DNA of 64,000 nt from an uncultured Pseudomonadota bacterium (GCA_963759165.1 CAVWXK010000001.1:3058164-3122163), one strand, 5' to 3'. Shown: positions 1-9,777, numbered from the stretch's first letter. Notes: generated by a model from the sequence alone, not told the origin. Numbers and translations: made by a program.

Positions 1-1115
1 TTGCTCAGCACGACCTCAAACGCCTCCTTGCCTACCACAGTGTCGAGAACATAGGCATCATTGCCCTCGGTTTAGGCGTGGGCATTATCGGATTGAGCGT
101 CGGCGTGCCTTCTATAGCGGCCGTCGGTTTCGCCGGCGCATTGCTTCATGTCCTGAATCACGCGCTTTTCAAGGGGCTGCTCTTTCTAGCTGCGGGGAAC
201 GTCGCACACGGCGCGCAAACCCGTGAAATAGATCACTTGGGAGGTCTCCTTCGGCGCATGCCCGGCACCGGCGCGACCTTTCTGATTGGCGCGGTGGCTA
301 TTTCGGGTCTTCCTCCGCTGAATGGCTTCATTAGCGAGTTCCTGATTTATCTGGCGAGCTTCAGAGGCGCCGTGGCGCTCGACGGTTCCAGCAACGTGCC
401 GATGCTGGCCACCATCTCGGGACTCGCTTTGATCGGAGGGTTGGCTGCCGCCTGCTTTACGAAGGCGTTTGGTATCGTTTTTCTGGGCGAACCGCGAACT
501 CAACACGCCGAACATGCACATGAGGTCGGCCTTGCGATGCTGCTGCCTGGATTTGTATTGGCGGCTGGATGCGTTTTGATTGGTCTGTTCGGCGCCGGCG
601 TTGTGCGGTCGATGGGTCCGTTGATCTCCAGCATAACCGGGCTCCCTCCAATTCCGGTGGGCCAAAGCCTTGCGGAAGCCGCTCACACGGTCGCGCTCGT
701 GAGCTATTCCGGCGCGGCGCTGCTTGGCGTGGCGGCGCTGCTCACTCTCGGCCGAGCAATGGCGCTTGCGCGGCGCCGGGTCCGCGCCGCGGCGACCTGG
801 GACTGCGGATACGCACGGCCGTCGCCGCGGATGCAGTACACCGCATCGTCGTTCGCGCAGCCACTCACCGAGACCTTCGCGATACTCCTGCAGACACGTC
901 GTGTTCTCTCGGCTCCGCGAGGACTGTTTCCTCAACAGGCGGAGTTCCTCACCCAAACCGACGATCCATACAAGACTTATATCTTTCAGCCGATGTTTCA
1001 TGCGATCGGCCGCTGGCTGTCTTCGCTACGACCGCTGCAGCAGGGGAAGGTACAGCTCTATGTGCTGTATATCGCCGTCACGCTTCTCGTGCTCCTGCTC
1101 TGGCAGGTCGTCTGA
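1..1115 (+). CDS. HyfB/NuoL-family antiporter-like membrane subunit of a hyf/hyc-like (group-4-hydrogenase/complex-I-related) complex; 5' end cut by window edge
   Basis: Frame open from nt 3 (AQHDLKRLLAYHSVENIGIIALGLG...) and continuous with ORF 78..1115. NuoL/M/N-type motif HALFKGLLFLAAG. Polytopic hydrophobic sequence. Only a 3-nt gap to the next subunit gene. Confidence 0.8.
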   Translation, partial: AQHDLKRLLAYHSVENIGIIALGLGVGIIGLSVGVPSIAAVGFAGALLHVLNHALFKGLLFLAAGNVAHGAQTREIDHLGGLLRRMPGTGATFLIGAVAISGLPPLNGFISEFLIYLASFRGAVALDGSSNVPMLATISGLALIGGLAAACFTKAFGIVFLGEPRTQHAEHAHEVGLAMLLPGFVLAAGCVLIGLFGAGVVRSMGPLISSITGLPPIPVGQSLAEAAHTVALVSYSGAALLGVAALLTLGRAMALARRRVRAAATWDCGYARPSPRMQYTASSFAQPLTETFAILLQTRRVLSAPRGLFPQQAEFLTQTDDPYKTYIFQPMFHAIGRWLSSLRPLQQGKVQLYVLYIAVTLLVLLLWQVV

Positions 1116-1118
1116 ATC

Positions 1119-2030
1119 ATGTTTTTGAGTTCGCTACTTCCACTGATGTTAGCGGCGGTGCTTGCTCCATTGATGCAAGCGGTTATTACCCGCACAAAGT
1201 CGGTGCTGGCGGGGCGCGCGGGCCAGCCGCTTGCGCAGCCTTACCTGGACCTGTGGAAGCTTGCGCGCAAGGGCGCCGTTTATAGTCACACAACGTCTTC
1301 GATCTTCAGGACGGGACCAGTGGTTGGGCTGGCCTCCCTCATCTGCGCCGTCGCGCTGATTCCCTTTGGGGGCTTTCCCGCGCTCACGGCGTTCTCAGGC
1401 GACTTTGTCATGATCGCATATCTTATGGCCCTGGGCCGCTTCTTCACGGTCATCGCGGCGCTCGATACCGGGTCGAGTTTCGAAGGAATGGGCGCAAGCC
1501 GCGAGGTGACGTTCTCAGCATTCGCGGAGCCGGCCTTTTTTCTTGCGCTGGCCGCGCTGGCCAAACAAACCGGGCATCTGTCACTCGGCCCCGTACTGGC
1601 GGCGATTTCCACCGGCACCTGGATGCGCGCCGCTCCGACGCTCGGTCTCGTGCTCGCGGCGCTCGTCATCGTTTTCCTTGCCGAGAACGCCCGGATTCCC
1701 GTGGACGATCCGACCACCCATCTGGAATTGACCATGATCCATGAAGTGATGGTGCTCGATCACAGCGGCCCCGACTTGGCGATGATTCAGTATGGCGCCG
1801 CGCTAAAGCTCTGGCTCTTTGGCACGATCATCGTTGGCGTCGCGGTACCATGGCACTCCGGCAATCGGTGGATCGACGCGGGCGCCGGTTTAATCGGCAT
1901 GCTGGTTCTGGGAATAACGACCGGCGCAATCGAGTCCTCGATGGCGCGCCTGCGGCTCCTTCGCGTTCCGCAACTCCTGCTCGCCGCCATCGTGTTGTCG
2001 GCGCTGGCCTCGGCACTCGCGCTGCATTGA
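1119..2030 (+). CDS. HyfC/HycD/NuoH-family membrane subunit
   Basis: 303 aa, multi-TM. Segment ENARIPVDDPTTHLELTMIHEVMVLDHSG resembles the conserved HycD/HyfC/NuoH loop. Operon position after the B-like subunit. Confidence 0.7.
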   Translation: MFLSSLLPLMLAAVLAPLMQAVITRTKSVLAGRAGQPLAQPYLDLWKLARKGAVYSHTTSSIFRTGPVVGLASLICAVALIPFGGFPALTAFSGDFVMIAYLMALGRFFTVIAALDTGSSFEGMGASREVTFSAFAEPAFFLALAALAKQTGHLSLGPVLAAISTGTWMRAAPTLGLVLAALVIVFLAENARIPVDDPTTHLELTMIHEVMVLDHSGPDLAMIQYGAALKLWLFGTIIVGVAVPWHSGNRWIDAGAGLIGMLVLGITTGAIESSMARLRLLRVPQLLLAAIVLSALASALALH

Positions 2031-2034
2031 AGTC

Positions 2035-2688
2035 ATGAGCCAGTTGGTCAATGCGATTCTCGTTCTCCTGGTACTCACCGGGTTTTGGCTCTTGAGCTCG
2101 AGCCGTCTGGCGGCCTGTATCCGTGCGGTCGCGATACAAGGAGTGCTGCTCGGGATTCTCGCCGTCGCCGTGCAGGGCGGACAGTTGTCCGTCACCGGCG
2201 TGCTTCTTCCCCTTACCAGCGCGGGGGTCAAGGGCTTCCTTCTGCCATGGTTGCTGTTTCGAGCGATGCGCGAAGCCGAGACCGCGCGCGAGGTCGAGCC
2301 ACTCATCAGCTATAACCTTTCGATCCTGTCAGGCGCCGTCGCTCTGGCTGTTTCGCTTTGGCTGGGGGAACGATTGAAGCTTCCGACTCAACCAGCTTCG
2401 TCCCTTCTCGTGCCCGCGGCGTTTTTCACCAGCCTGGTGGGCCTGCTCGTGATCGTCAGCCGGCGAAAAGCTCTGACTCAGGTGCTCGGGTACCTGGCGC
2501 TCGAAAATGGCGTTTACGCCTTCGGCGCCGCGGTCGCTCTTGAACTGCCGGTTCTCGTCGAACTCGGCATCCTGCTTGATGTCTTTGTAGGAGTGTTCGT
2601 AATGGGCATTGCGATATTTCACATTAGTCGCGAGTTCGATCATATCGACACGGACAAACTGGCCAGTCTCACCGACCAGCTTCGATGA
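2035..2688 (+). CDS. HyfE-like small membrane subunit (NuoK-related)
   Basis: 217 aa, all-hydrophobic, about 6 TM. Sits between the C-like and F-like subunits as in hyf operons. ATGA overlap with the next gene. Confidence 0.55.
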   Translation: MSQLVNAILVLLVLTGFWLLSSSRLAACIRAVAIQGVLLGILAVAVQGGQLSVTGVLLPLTSAGVKGFLLPWLLFRAMREAETAREVEPLISYNLSILSGAVALAVSLWLGERLKLPTQPASSLLVPAAFFTSLVGLLVIVSRRKALTQVLGYLALENGVYAFGAAVALELPVLVELGILLDVFVGVFVMGIAIFHISREFDHIDTDKLASLTDQLR

Positions 2689-4151
2689 TTACACTGCTCG
2701 TGCTGATTCCGGCCTGCGCCGGAGCCGTCGCGTTCTTTGTCGAATCGGATCGGCACCGCCGGGTTCTTCTGTTGTCAGCCGCAATGGCGCATACCGCGCT
2801 CAGCCTCGCAACTTGGGTCGTCCTGCCCACGGCCGCGTTGGGCGGCTGGCTCGCCGAAGACGCGTTGGGAAGGCTCTTTGAGACTCTAACCAGCCTTCTA
2901 TTCCTTGCCGCCGGCTTTTACGCCGTTGCCTATCTCCGCGAGGAACGAAGCCAGCCGCATGCCGATTTCGAAGAGGGCTTTCTTTTCTCCAACGCTCGCG
3001 AGGCGAGTTTCACTTGTTGTCTCCTTCTCTTCCTGGCCGCGATGACCCTGGTTACCGTCAGTCAGCATCTCGCGCTGCTTTGGGTGGCGATCGAGGCTAC
3101 AACTCTGGCCAGCGCCCCGCTGATTTACTTTCATCGGCATCATCGGTCGCTCGAAGCGACATGGAAGTATCTGCTGATCTGTTCCGTCGGGATCGCGCTT
3201 GCGCTGTTGGGTATCTTCTTCCTGGCGGTCGCCGCGACGAATCGGGATGGCTCTACTATTTCTCTCGTGGTCCAGGACCTTGGTTTGCACGCCCGTCACC
3301 TGAACGCCACGTGGTTTAAAGCGGCTTTTGTCCTGCTCCTCGTCGGCTATGGTACGAAGATGGGACTCGCGCCATTTCATACGTGGCTGCCCGACGCCCA
3401 CAGCGAAGCTCCCTCGGTCGCGTCCGCGCTCTTGTCGGGTGCGCTGCTTAACTGCGCGTTCCTGGGCATACTCCGGACTCAGGAGATCTGCGTTGCGGCG
3501 GGTTTGGCGGATTTCAGTGACAGACTGCTCCTGATTTTTGGTTTACTCTCGATGGCTGTCGCGGCCGTATTTATTGCCGGCCAGACTGACTATAAGCGCA
3601 TGCTCGCATACTCAAGTGTCGAGCACATGGGCATTCTCGCCGTCGGCGTAGGTCTTGGAGGCAGCGCGGTGTTTGGTGCGATGCTCCATGTGGTTAATCA
3701 TTCGCTGACCAAGGCGATGCTTTTTATGGTGGCCGGAAACCTGCTGGCCGTTTATCGCACCAAAAACATCGCCGATGTTGCCGGCGCTTTGAGCGTATTG
3801 CCGGCCTCAGGTCTTTTGTGGGTGCTGGGATTGTTCGCGATTACCGGCTCTCCGCCTTTCGGCCTGTTTCTCAGCGAGTTTACAATCCTGAAGGCCGCGT
3901 TGGACCAGGGTCAGGCGTTCGTGGCGGTTGTTTATCTTGGCCTGTTGGCCATCATTTTGGCGGCTATGGCCGCGCCGGCGCTCGCGATGGCGCAAGGAAT
4001 TCCGAGCAAGAACGTTACTACCCCAAGGAAAAGAAGTCTCGCGCTGACTGCCGTTCCGGCGATGCTCGGTGCGGCAGTCGTGGTGATGGGGGTTTATGTC
4101 CCCCCGGTTTTAACCCGCGCGCTCCGGGAAGCCGCGCGCCTCATTGGCTGA
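2685..4151 (+). CDS. HyfF/NuoM-N-family antiporter-like membrane subunit
   Basis: 488 aa. Motif GTKMGLAPFHTWLPDAHSEAPSVASALLSGALLN is typical of NuoM/N/HyfF proton-pumping subunits. Confidence 0.8.
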   Translation: MITLLVLIPACAGAVAFFVESDRHRRVLLLSAAMAHTALSLATWVVLPTAALGGWLAEDALGRLFETLTSLLFLAAGFYAVAYLREERSQPHADFEEGFLFSNAREASFTCCLLLFLAAMTLVTVSQHLALLWVAIEATTLASAPLIYFHRHHRSLEATWKYLLICSVGIALALLGIFFLAVAATNRDGSTISLVVQDLGLHARHLNATWFKAAFVLLLVGYGTKMGLAPFHTWLPDAHSEAPSVASALLSGALLNCAFLGILRTQEICVAAGLADFSDRLLLIFGLLSMAVAAVFIAGQTDYKRMLAYSSVEHMGILAVGVGLGGSAVFGAMLHVVNHSLTKAMLFMVAGNLLAVYRTKNIADVAGALSVLPASGLLWVLGLFAITGSPPFGLFLSEFTILKAALDQGQAFVAVVYLGLLAIILAAMAAPALAMAQGIPSKNVTTPRKRSLALTAVPAMLGAAVVVMGVYVPPVLTRALREAARLIG

Positions 4152-5664
4152 GCCCACCATGACCATCTCCGCTCCGTCTTTCCATAATGGCGAGCCCGTG
4201 TCGCTCGCGAGTATCCAGTGCTTGCCGATGCACGAGTTCAGAACCGGGATTATCTCAGCCGTGAACAAAGGCTCCAGCCTGACCGCCCTTTTTGGCACGC
4301 CGATGGAAAATGAGCACATCCAACTAATAGGCGTGCTCGCCGACCCGGTGACGAGCAGCCTCTCCTCGATCAGCACCGAGGCGGACGAGGCGTATCCGTG
4401 CTTGATGCTCGAGTGCCCGCAGGCGCATTGGTTCGAGCGCGAAATCGCGGAACAGTGGAGCGTACAGCCGCAAGGCCACTCGTGGCTCAAGCCAATCCGA
4501 TTCCACCTGCCCTATCGGTTGCCTCACGGCATCCGCGAAGCGCCGCTCCCTGGTGTAACCGACTTCTTCGCCATGCGCGGAGACGAAGTCCATGAGGTCG
4601 CCGTCGGTCCGGTACACGCGGGAATCATCGAACCTGGGCATTTCCGCTTCCAGTGTCACGGTGAGCAGGTTTTTCACCTGGAGATATCGCTCGGGTACCA
4701 GCATCGTGGCATCGAGCCCGCGCTTGTAGGCGGGCCCGGCAAACGCACGATCCATCTGGTCGAGACGCTGTCGGGAGATAGTTCAATCGGGCACGCAACC
4801 GCCTATTGTGAGGCGGTCGAGGGTCTAAGCGGCACCGTGGTTCCCGCCCGAGCACAAGTATTGCGCGGAATAGCGCTCGAACTCGAACGTCTCGCAAACC
4901 ATACCGGAGACCTTGGAGCGTTGGCGGGTGATGTCGGCTATCTGCCAACGGCGGCATATTGTGGCCGGATTCGCGGCGACTTCCTCAACATGACCGCGGC
5001 AATCTGTGGAAGCCGCTTCGGTCGTGGCATGATCAGACCAGGAGGGGTCCTATTCGATCTCGACACGCCGCTAGCGGCGGACCTTTCGCAGCGGCTCGAT
5101 AAGGCATTGAAGGACGTCGAGGATGCGGTCCGCCTTCTGTGGGATGCGCCATCCGTGCAGGCTCGTTTCGAGGACACCGGCGCGATCTCTCGCCAGACTT
5201 GCGAGGCGCTTGGGCTCGTCGGTCCCGCGGCTCGCGCCTGCGGTGTCGAGCGCGACATTCGGCAAGACTTTCCGAGCGGCGTCTTCAGGTTCGCTCAGAT
5301 CCCTATATCGAAATGGGACACAGGCGACGTTTTCGCACGTGCATGGGTGCGATGGCTCGAAATCCAACGTTCCGGCGCCTTTGTTCGGGAACAGCTCGCC
5401 GCCTTGCCTCAGGGGCCGATCCGTTCGGCAGTGGAACCGCTGGCGCCCGCCCATATGGTAGTTTCTTTAACCGAAGGCTGGCGTGGAGAAATCTGCCACG
5501 TAGCGATCACTGACGCCAAGGGACGGTTCGCTCGCTACAAGGTAGTCGATCCCTCGTTTCGCAACTGGATGGGCCTGGCGATTGCGATGCGCGACCAGCA
5601 GATATCCGACTTTCCGCTTTGCAACAAAAGCTTCAACCTCTCTTACTGTGGTCACGATCTCTGA
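4144..5664 (+). CDS. HycE/HyfG-like NuoC-NuoD fusion 'large subunit' lacking the [NiFe] cysteine ligands (Ehr-type)
   Basis: NuoC-like N-terminus (HWFEREIAEQW) plus NuoD/HycE-like core (GPVHAGIIEPGHFRF, LGYQHRGIE, ARAQVLRGIALELERLANH). Ligand motifs are degenerate: TLSGDSSIGH in place of RVCGICGFAH, and NLSYCGHDL-stop in place of DPCYSCTDR. Confidence 0.85.
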   Translation: MAEPTMTISAPSFHNGEPVSLASIQCLPMHEFRTGIISAVNKGSSLTALFGTPMENEHIQLIGVLADPVTSSLSSISTEADEAYPCLMLECPQAHWFEREIAEQWSVQPQGHSWLKPIRFHLPYRLPHGIREAPLPGVTDFFAMRGDEVHEVAVGPVHAGIIEPGHFRFQCHGEQVFHLEISLGYQHRGIEPALVGGPGKRTIHLVETLSGDSSIGHATAYCEAVEGLSGTVVPARAQVLRGIALELERLANHTGDLGALAGDVGYLPTAAYCGRIRGDFLNMTAAICGSRFGRGMIRPGGVLFDLDTPLAADLSQRLDKALKDVEDAVRLLWDAPSVQARFEDTGAISRQTCEALGLVGPAARACGVERDIRQDFPSGVFRFAQIPISKWDTGDVFARAWVRWLEIQRSGAFVREQLAALPQGPIRSAVEPLAPAHMVVSLTEGWRGEICHVAITDAKGRFARYKVVDPSFRNWMGLAIAMRDQQISDFPLCNKSFNLSYCGHDL

Positions 5665-5673
5665 GGACAAGCA

Positions 5674-6471
5674 GTGCCGGGTTTACTGATCACTCGATTA
5701 CGACAAGGCAAACGCACGCTACCATTCCCCAAGCCTGAGCCGCCTTTGCCGGAACGATTCCGCGGTCTTCCGGTACTCGATCAGTCGCGATGTGCATCAG
5801 GTTGCAGCGCCTGCGTTGATGTGTGTCCGACCGACGCGATTACCAATAGCGGAACGCTCCGGATCGACCTCGGGCGGTGCCTGTTTTGTCCCGAGTGCGC
5901 CAACGCCTGTCCCGAAGGAGCGATTCAATTCAGCCGGCAATACCGCCTCGCGACGACCGAGCGATCCGACCTGGTCCTGGAATCCGGACAAACCTTGAAG
6001 CTCGCGCGGCGTCTTGGCGACGACATTCATCGCATTCTCGGGCGATCACTCAAGCTCCGGCAGGTCAGCGCCGGCGGATGCAACGGATGCGAAGCTGATG
6101 TTAACGTTCTGAACACGGTGGTGTTTGATCTCGGGCGCTTCGGCATTCAGTTCGTGGCGTCACCGCGCCATGCGGACGGCCTCCTGATCACTGGTCCGGT
6201 TACGCGGAACATGCGCGCCGCACTCGAGAAGACGTACGAGGCCGTACCCGATCCGAAGATCGTGATCGCGGTCGGCGCATGCGCAATCAATGGTGGTCCG
6301 TTTCGGGATCATCCGGAAGTTCTCAATGGCGCGAACGATATCCTTCCGATTGATCTCTTCATCCCGGGGTGTCCCCCTCATCCGATCACCATTCTCGATG
6401 GACTGCTGCGGCTCCTGGGGGAAATCCAGGATCCCGAAAGAAGCTCCAAAGTCGCCAAGGTGTCAGGGTAA
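5674..6471 (+). CDS. Fusion of a 2x[4Fe-4S] ferredoxin (HycF/NuoI-like) with a NuoB/HycG-like small subunit
   Basis: N-terminus has CASGCSACVDVCP and CLFCPECANACP. C-terminus has GGCNGCE ... GACAINGGPF ... PGCPPHP, i.e. the four NuoB/HycG cluster cysteines are retained. Confidence 0.8.
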   Translation: MPGLLITRLRQGKRTLPFPKPEPPLPERFRGLPVLDQSRCASGCSACVDVCPTDAITNSGTLRIDLGRCLFCPECANACPEGAIQFSRQYRLATTERSDLVLESGQTLKLARRLGDDIHRILGRSLKLRQVSAGGCNGCEADVNVLNTVVFDLGRFGIQFVASPRHADGLLITGPVTRNMRAALEKTYEAVPDPKIVIAVGACAINGGPFRDHPEVLNGANDILPIDLFIPGCPPHPITILDGLLRLLGEIQDPERSSKVAKVSG

Positions 6472-6655
6472 GCGCCGGAATGAAAATCCCTTGCATGTTG
6501 CCGCAAAGCGAGAGTCGGCGGTCAAAATCGCAAACGGCGCGTCAGATCGAAAAATCGCTTGGGCGAGCGAGCCCGGCTGTGAGTGTGATCGCCGCGCCGC
6601 CAAAACAGAGGAGCTACCAACAACCTCTGCGCAGAAATGTGTCGTCCGGGATGCC

Positions 6656-7990
6656 TTAGTCTATGTGATAGCGCTTGCGCTTGCGCCAGAGGGTTGCGAT
6701 GCCGATGCCGAGGGTGTCCGCGGCCTCTTCAAGCGTAGCCGCTTGCGCCAGAACGCGCCTTATGTGCTCCTGTTCGACCTTTTCCAGGGTAGCGTCAGGC
6801 GGCAGTTCGCGCAGAGCCACCACCGTCGGCTGAAATATGAGATCGGGCAGGTCCTCCTTCAGTATCAGGTTGCCGCGGCTCAGGACGACGGCGCGCTCAA
6901 TCGCGTTGCGAAGTTCGCGGATGTTGCCGGGCCAGGCGTAGGTGGTCAAAGCGTTGGCCACCTCAGGGGATAGTTGCAGCCCAGGGCGACGATTGCGAAG
7001 GCGAGCTTCGGCCAGGAATCGATCAGCCAGTGCGATCACGTCCTCCGCGCGTTCGCGTAGCGCCGGGACGCGCAGGCTGATGACGTTGAGACGGTAAAAG
7101 AGATCGGAACGGAATCTGCCCGCCGATACCTCTTGCTGGAGGTCGCGGTTGGAAGCGGCAATGATGCGGGTATCAACCTGAATAGTGTGTTGGCCTCCGA
7201 CCCGCTCGAAGCGCTGTTCCTGCAGGAAGCGAAGGAACTTGGTCTGAAGGGACGGCGGAATGTCTGCGATCTCGTCGAGAAAGACCGTGCCTCCATCGGC
7301 GGCCTCAAGCCGTCCCGGCTTGTCCTTGACCGCTCCGGTGAATGCGCCGCGCACGTGCCCGAAGAGCTCGCTCTCGAGCAGATGTTCGGAGAGGGTGGTG
7401 CAGTTGACGACGACGAACGGGCGCTCGCGGCGCGAACTCCAATCGTGGATCTGGCGGGCGAGGACATTCTTCCCGGTGCCGCTTTCGCCAGTCAAGAGAA
7501 TCGTGGCGTCGCTCGCGGCGGCTTGGCGAGCGGTTTCAAGCAAGGCGGTCATCAGCGGGCTGCGCGATTCCAGCAGGGGAACGCCGTCGAGGGCGCTCCG
7601 CAGGATACGATTTTCCGAACGCAGTTCTTTCACTTCCAGCGCGCGTTCGACGATGTGCTGGATCTGGTCCAGGGAGAAAGGCTTGGTCAAGTAGTCATAG
7701 GCGCCGGCTTTCATCGCCGCAACGGCGTTGGCTACCGTCGCGTAAGCTGTCATCAGGATTACGATGGTATCCGGATAACGACGCTTGATTTCCATAAGCA
7801 ACTCGAGGCCGTTCATCTCGGCCATCCGATAGTCACTCAGCACGAGATCGAAATCGCCTTGCCGGGAAAGCGTGGCAAGGGCCTCTCTTCCGCTTTCAGC
7901 GGTCTTCACCTGGTGCCCGCACGAGTCGAGGAAGGTTGCGAGGCTCTGACGGATGTTCTTTTCGTCGTCGACTATAAGGAGCCTTGCCAT
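6656..7990 (-). CDS. Sigma54-dependent response regulator (NtrC family: REC + AAA+ + Fis-type HTH)
   Basis: Likely start MARLLIVDDEKNIRQSL (ATG at 7990, overlapping the kinase stop as TAATG). Walker A GESGTGKN, GAFTGA loop, C-terminal HTH TLEEAADTLGIGIATLWRKRKRY. Confidence 0.9.
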   Translation of the reverse strand: MARLLIVDDEKNIRQSLATFLDSCGHQVKTAESGREALATLSRQGDFDLVLSDYRMAEMNGLELLMEIKRRYPDTIVILMTAYATVANAVAAMKAGAYDYLTKPFSLDQIQHIVERALEVKELRSENRILRSALDGVPLLESRSPLMTALLETARQAAASDATILLTGESGTGKNVLARQIHDWSSRRERPFVVVNCTTLSEHLLESELFGHVRGAFTGAVKDKPGRLEAADGGTVFLDEIADIPPSLQTKFLRFLQEQRFERVGGQHTIQVDTRIIAASNRDLQQEVSAGRFRSDLFYRLNVISLRVPALRERAEDVIALADRFLAEARLRNRRPGLQLSPEVANALTTYAWPGNIRELRNAIERAVVLSRGNLILKEDLPDLIFQPTVVALRELPPDATLEKVEQEHIRRVLAQAATLEEAADTLGIGIATLWRKRKRYHID

Positions 7991-9777
7991 TAGGTGCGCT
8001 CCGCGATTGGTAGCTCTACGGTAAACTTGCTGCCCCGCTCGGAACTCTCGACGAAGATTCGCCCCCCGTGGGCTTCCACGATGTCCTTGACGATCGCCAG
8101 GCCTAGTCCGGCGGCGCCGGGCTCGTAGCCGTCGGCACTCCACTGCGAAAAGCGCGCGAAGATGTGGCCGCGAATCTCCGGTGCGATGCCGGGACCGGTA
8201 TCGGCAACTGTGAGCCTAAGCTGGCGCCCTTGCCGCTCGGCGAATACGTCGATCGAGCCTCCGCTCGGAGTATAGCGCAACGCGTTGCCGATCAGATTTG
8301 ATATCACCCAGGAAAGCTTGACCGGGTCGCCCCGTGCTTCAAGCCTTGGTTCATCAACATGGGTCGCGAGCCTCACCTGTTTCTGCTCAGCCTGGATGGC
8401 AAAGTTCCTGACCACCCCTACGACCAATTGGGCGAGGTCGAGCGGGGCGCTACTCACCCTGATGGAGGCCATCTCGCCGCGAGCAAGATTCAAAAGACCG
8501 TCGGCCAACTGGCGGATTCGTCCGGCCTCTTCGACGATGGCGGTGACCAGTTCCTGTTGTTTGGGATCGAGCGTGCTCCTGTTTCGCTGGAGCAGTTCCG
8601 CTGCCAGAGCGAGCGAGGTAAGCGGGGTCCTCAGCTCGTGGGAGAGGGTTGCGACCAGGTTTGCGCGGGCGCGGTCCTTGTCACGCAGGTAAGTGATGTC
8701 CTGCAGAATCAGTATGGTACCAAATGATTGCCCATCGCCCTGTCTGAGAGGGACTGGTTTTAGCAGATAGGTATGGTCACGCCCGCGCACGTGCAGGTCG
8801 ACTTCGATCTGCTGCCCGTTGCCGGGCGGCGTTGCGGCGCCGCGCAGGGCCGATCGCACACGAAGGTAATGAGGGTGATTACTGTTCAAATCGTCAAACG
8901 GGCTGCCAAGTGCGTCCTCTCTCTCGACCCCGAGGATGATTGAGGCAAGCTCGTTGATGTGTGCGACAATACCACTCGGATCGATCAATACGATCCCGTC
9001 TTCGAGGCTCTCGATGATCGCCTCGGTCTTGTTTTTCTCATAAATCAACCGGTCGACGTTGAGCTTGTCGAATTGCTCGAGCCGCTCGGCCATCTTGTTG
9101 AATTCCGAGGCTACCGCCTGAAGTTCGGCCAGCTTCTGCTCCCCCAGCCTTAACTGGGGCGTGCGAAGGCTGAAGCTTCGCAAGCGTTCCGCGAGTTCAG
9201 CGAGCGGCTTCGATATCGTCCAGGCGAGCGTCCAGGAAAGCGCCGCTCCAAACACCAGCAAAGCGGCAAGTCCGGCGGCGAACTCGTAGGTGAGCCTCGT
9301 TCCCATGCGGCTCGCGCGGCTGTCCGCGGCGAACATGGCGTCACGATTTATCTGGATGAGCTTGTCGAGGCGGGCATGCAGCACGGCGAATTCTTCGTCG
9401 TGACGCGCGGGCGCTCCGCCAGCTTCAATCTCGGCAAATAGGCGCCGCCCCCGTTCGTGAATCTCGCGCGCGAGTTCCGCCTCTCCGGCCTCGGTGATGT
9501 CGTGTTCCTCAACGTCGATCCAATGGAAAAATTCGTCACGGCTCGGGGAAAGGGCGGCGGAAAGCTTTCCGTCGCGCTCGCCGATCTGAAGGGCGCCGAG
9601 TGCGGCGTGCATATGCTGTGACGCTTCGATGCTTACGTAGTTACGGTACAGGGTTTCGCGAATCGCCCCGCTTAGACGGTAAACCTGCGGCAATGCCAGT
9701 ACGCCCAGCAGCATGGCGATCGCGAGCATTATAAGAGTGCCGTTGCGAATACGATTGCGGAGCGGCGGCGCGTTCAC
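7990..9777 (-). CDS. Membrane sensor histidine kinase (2 TM, periplasmic helical domain, HAMP, PAS, HisKA, HATPase_c)
   Basis: H-box LSHELRTPLTSL. N/G boxes NLIGNALRYT, DTGPGI, GLGLAIV. PAS segment IESLEDGIVLIDPSG. 4-nt overlap with the upstream USP gene. Confidence 0.9.
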   Translation of the reverse strand: MNAPPLRNRIRNGTLIMLAIAMLLGVLALPQVYRLSGAIRETLYRNYVSIEASQHMHAALGALQIGERDGKLSAALSPSRDEFFHWIDVEEHDITEAGEAELAREIHERGRRLFAEIEAGGAPARHDEEFAVLHARLDKLIQINRDAMFAADSRASRMGTRLTYEFAAGLAALLVFGAALSWTLAWTISKPLAELAERLRSFSLRTPQLRLGEQKLAELQAVASEFNKMAERLEQFDKLNVDRLIYEKNKTEAIIESLEDGIVLIDPSGIVAHINELASIILGVEREDALGSPFDDLNSNHPHYLRVRSALRGAATPPGNGQQIEVDLHVRGRDHTYLLKPVPLRQGDGQSFGTILILQDITYLRDKDRARANLVATLSHELRTPLTSLALAAELLQRNRSTLDPKQQELVTAIVEEAGRIRQLADGLLNLARGEMASIRVSSAPLDLAQLVVGVVRNFAIQAEQKQVRLATHVDEPRLEARGDPVKLSWVISNLIGNALRYTPSGGSIDVFAERQGRQLRLTVADTGPGIAPEIRGHIFARFSQWSADGYEPGAAGLGLAIVKDIVEAHGGRIFVESSERGSKFTVELPIAERT

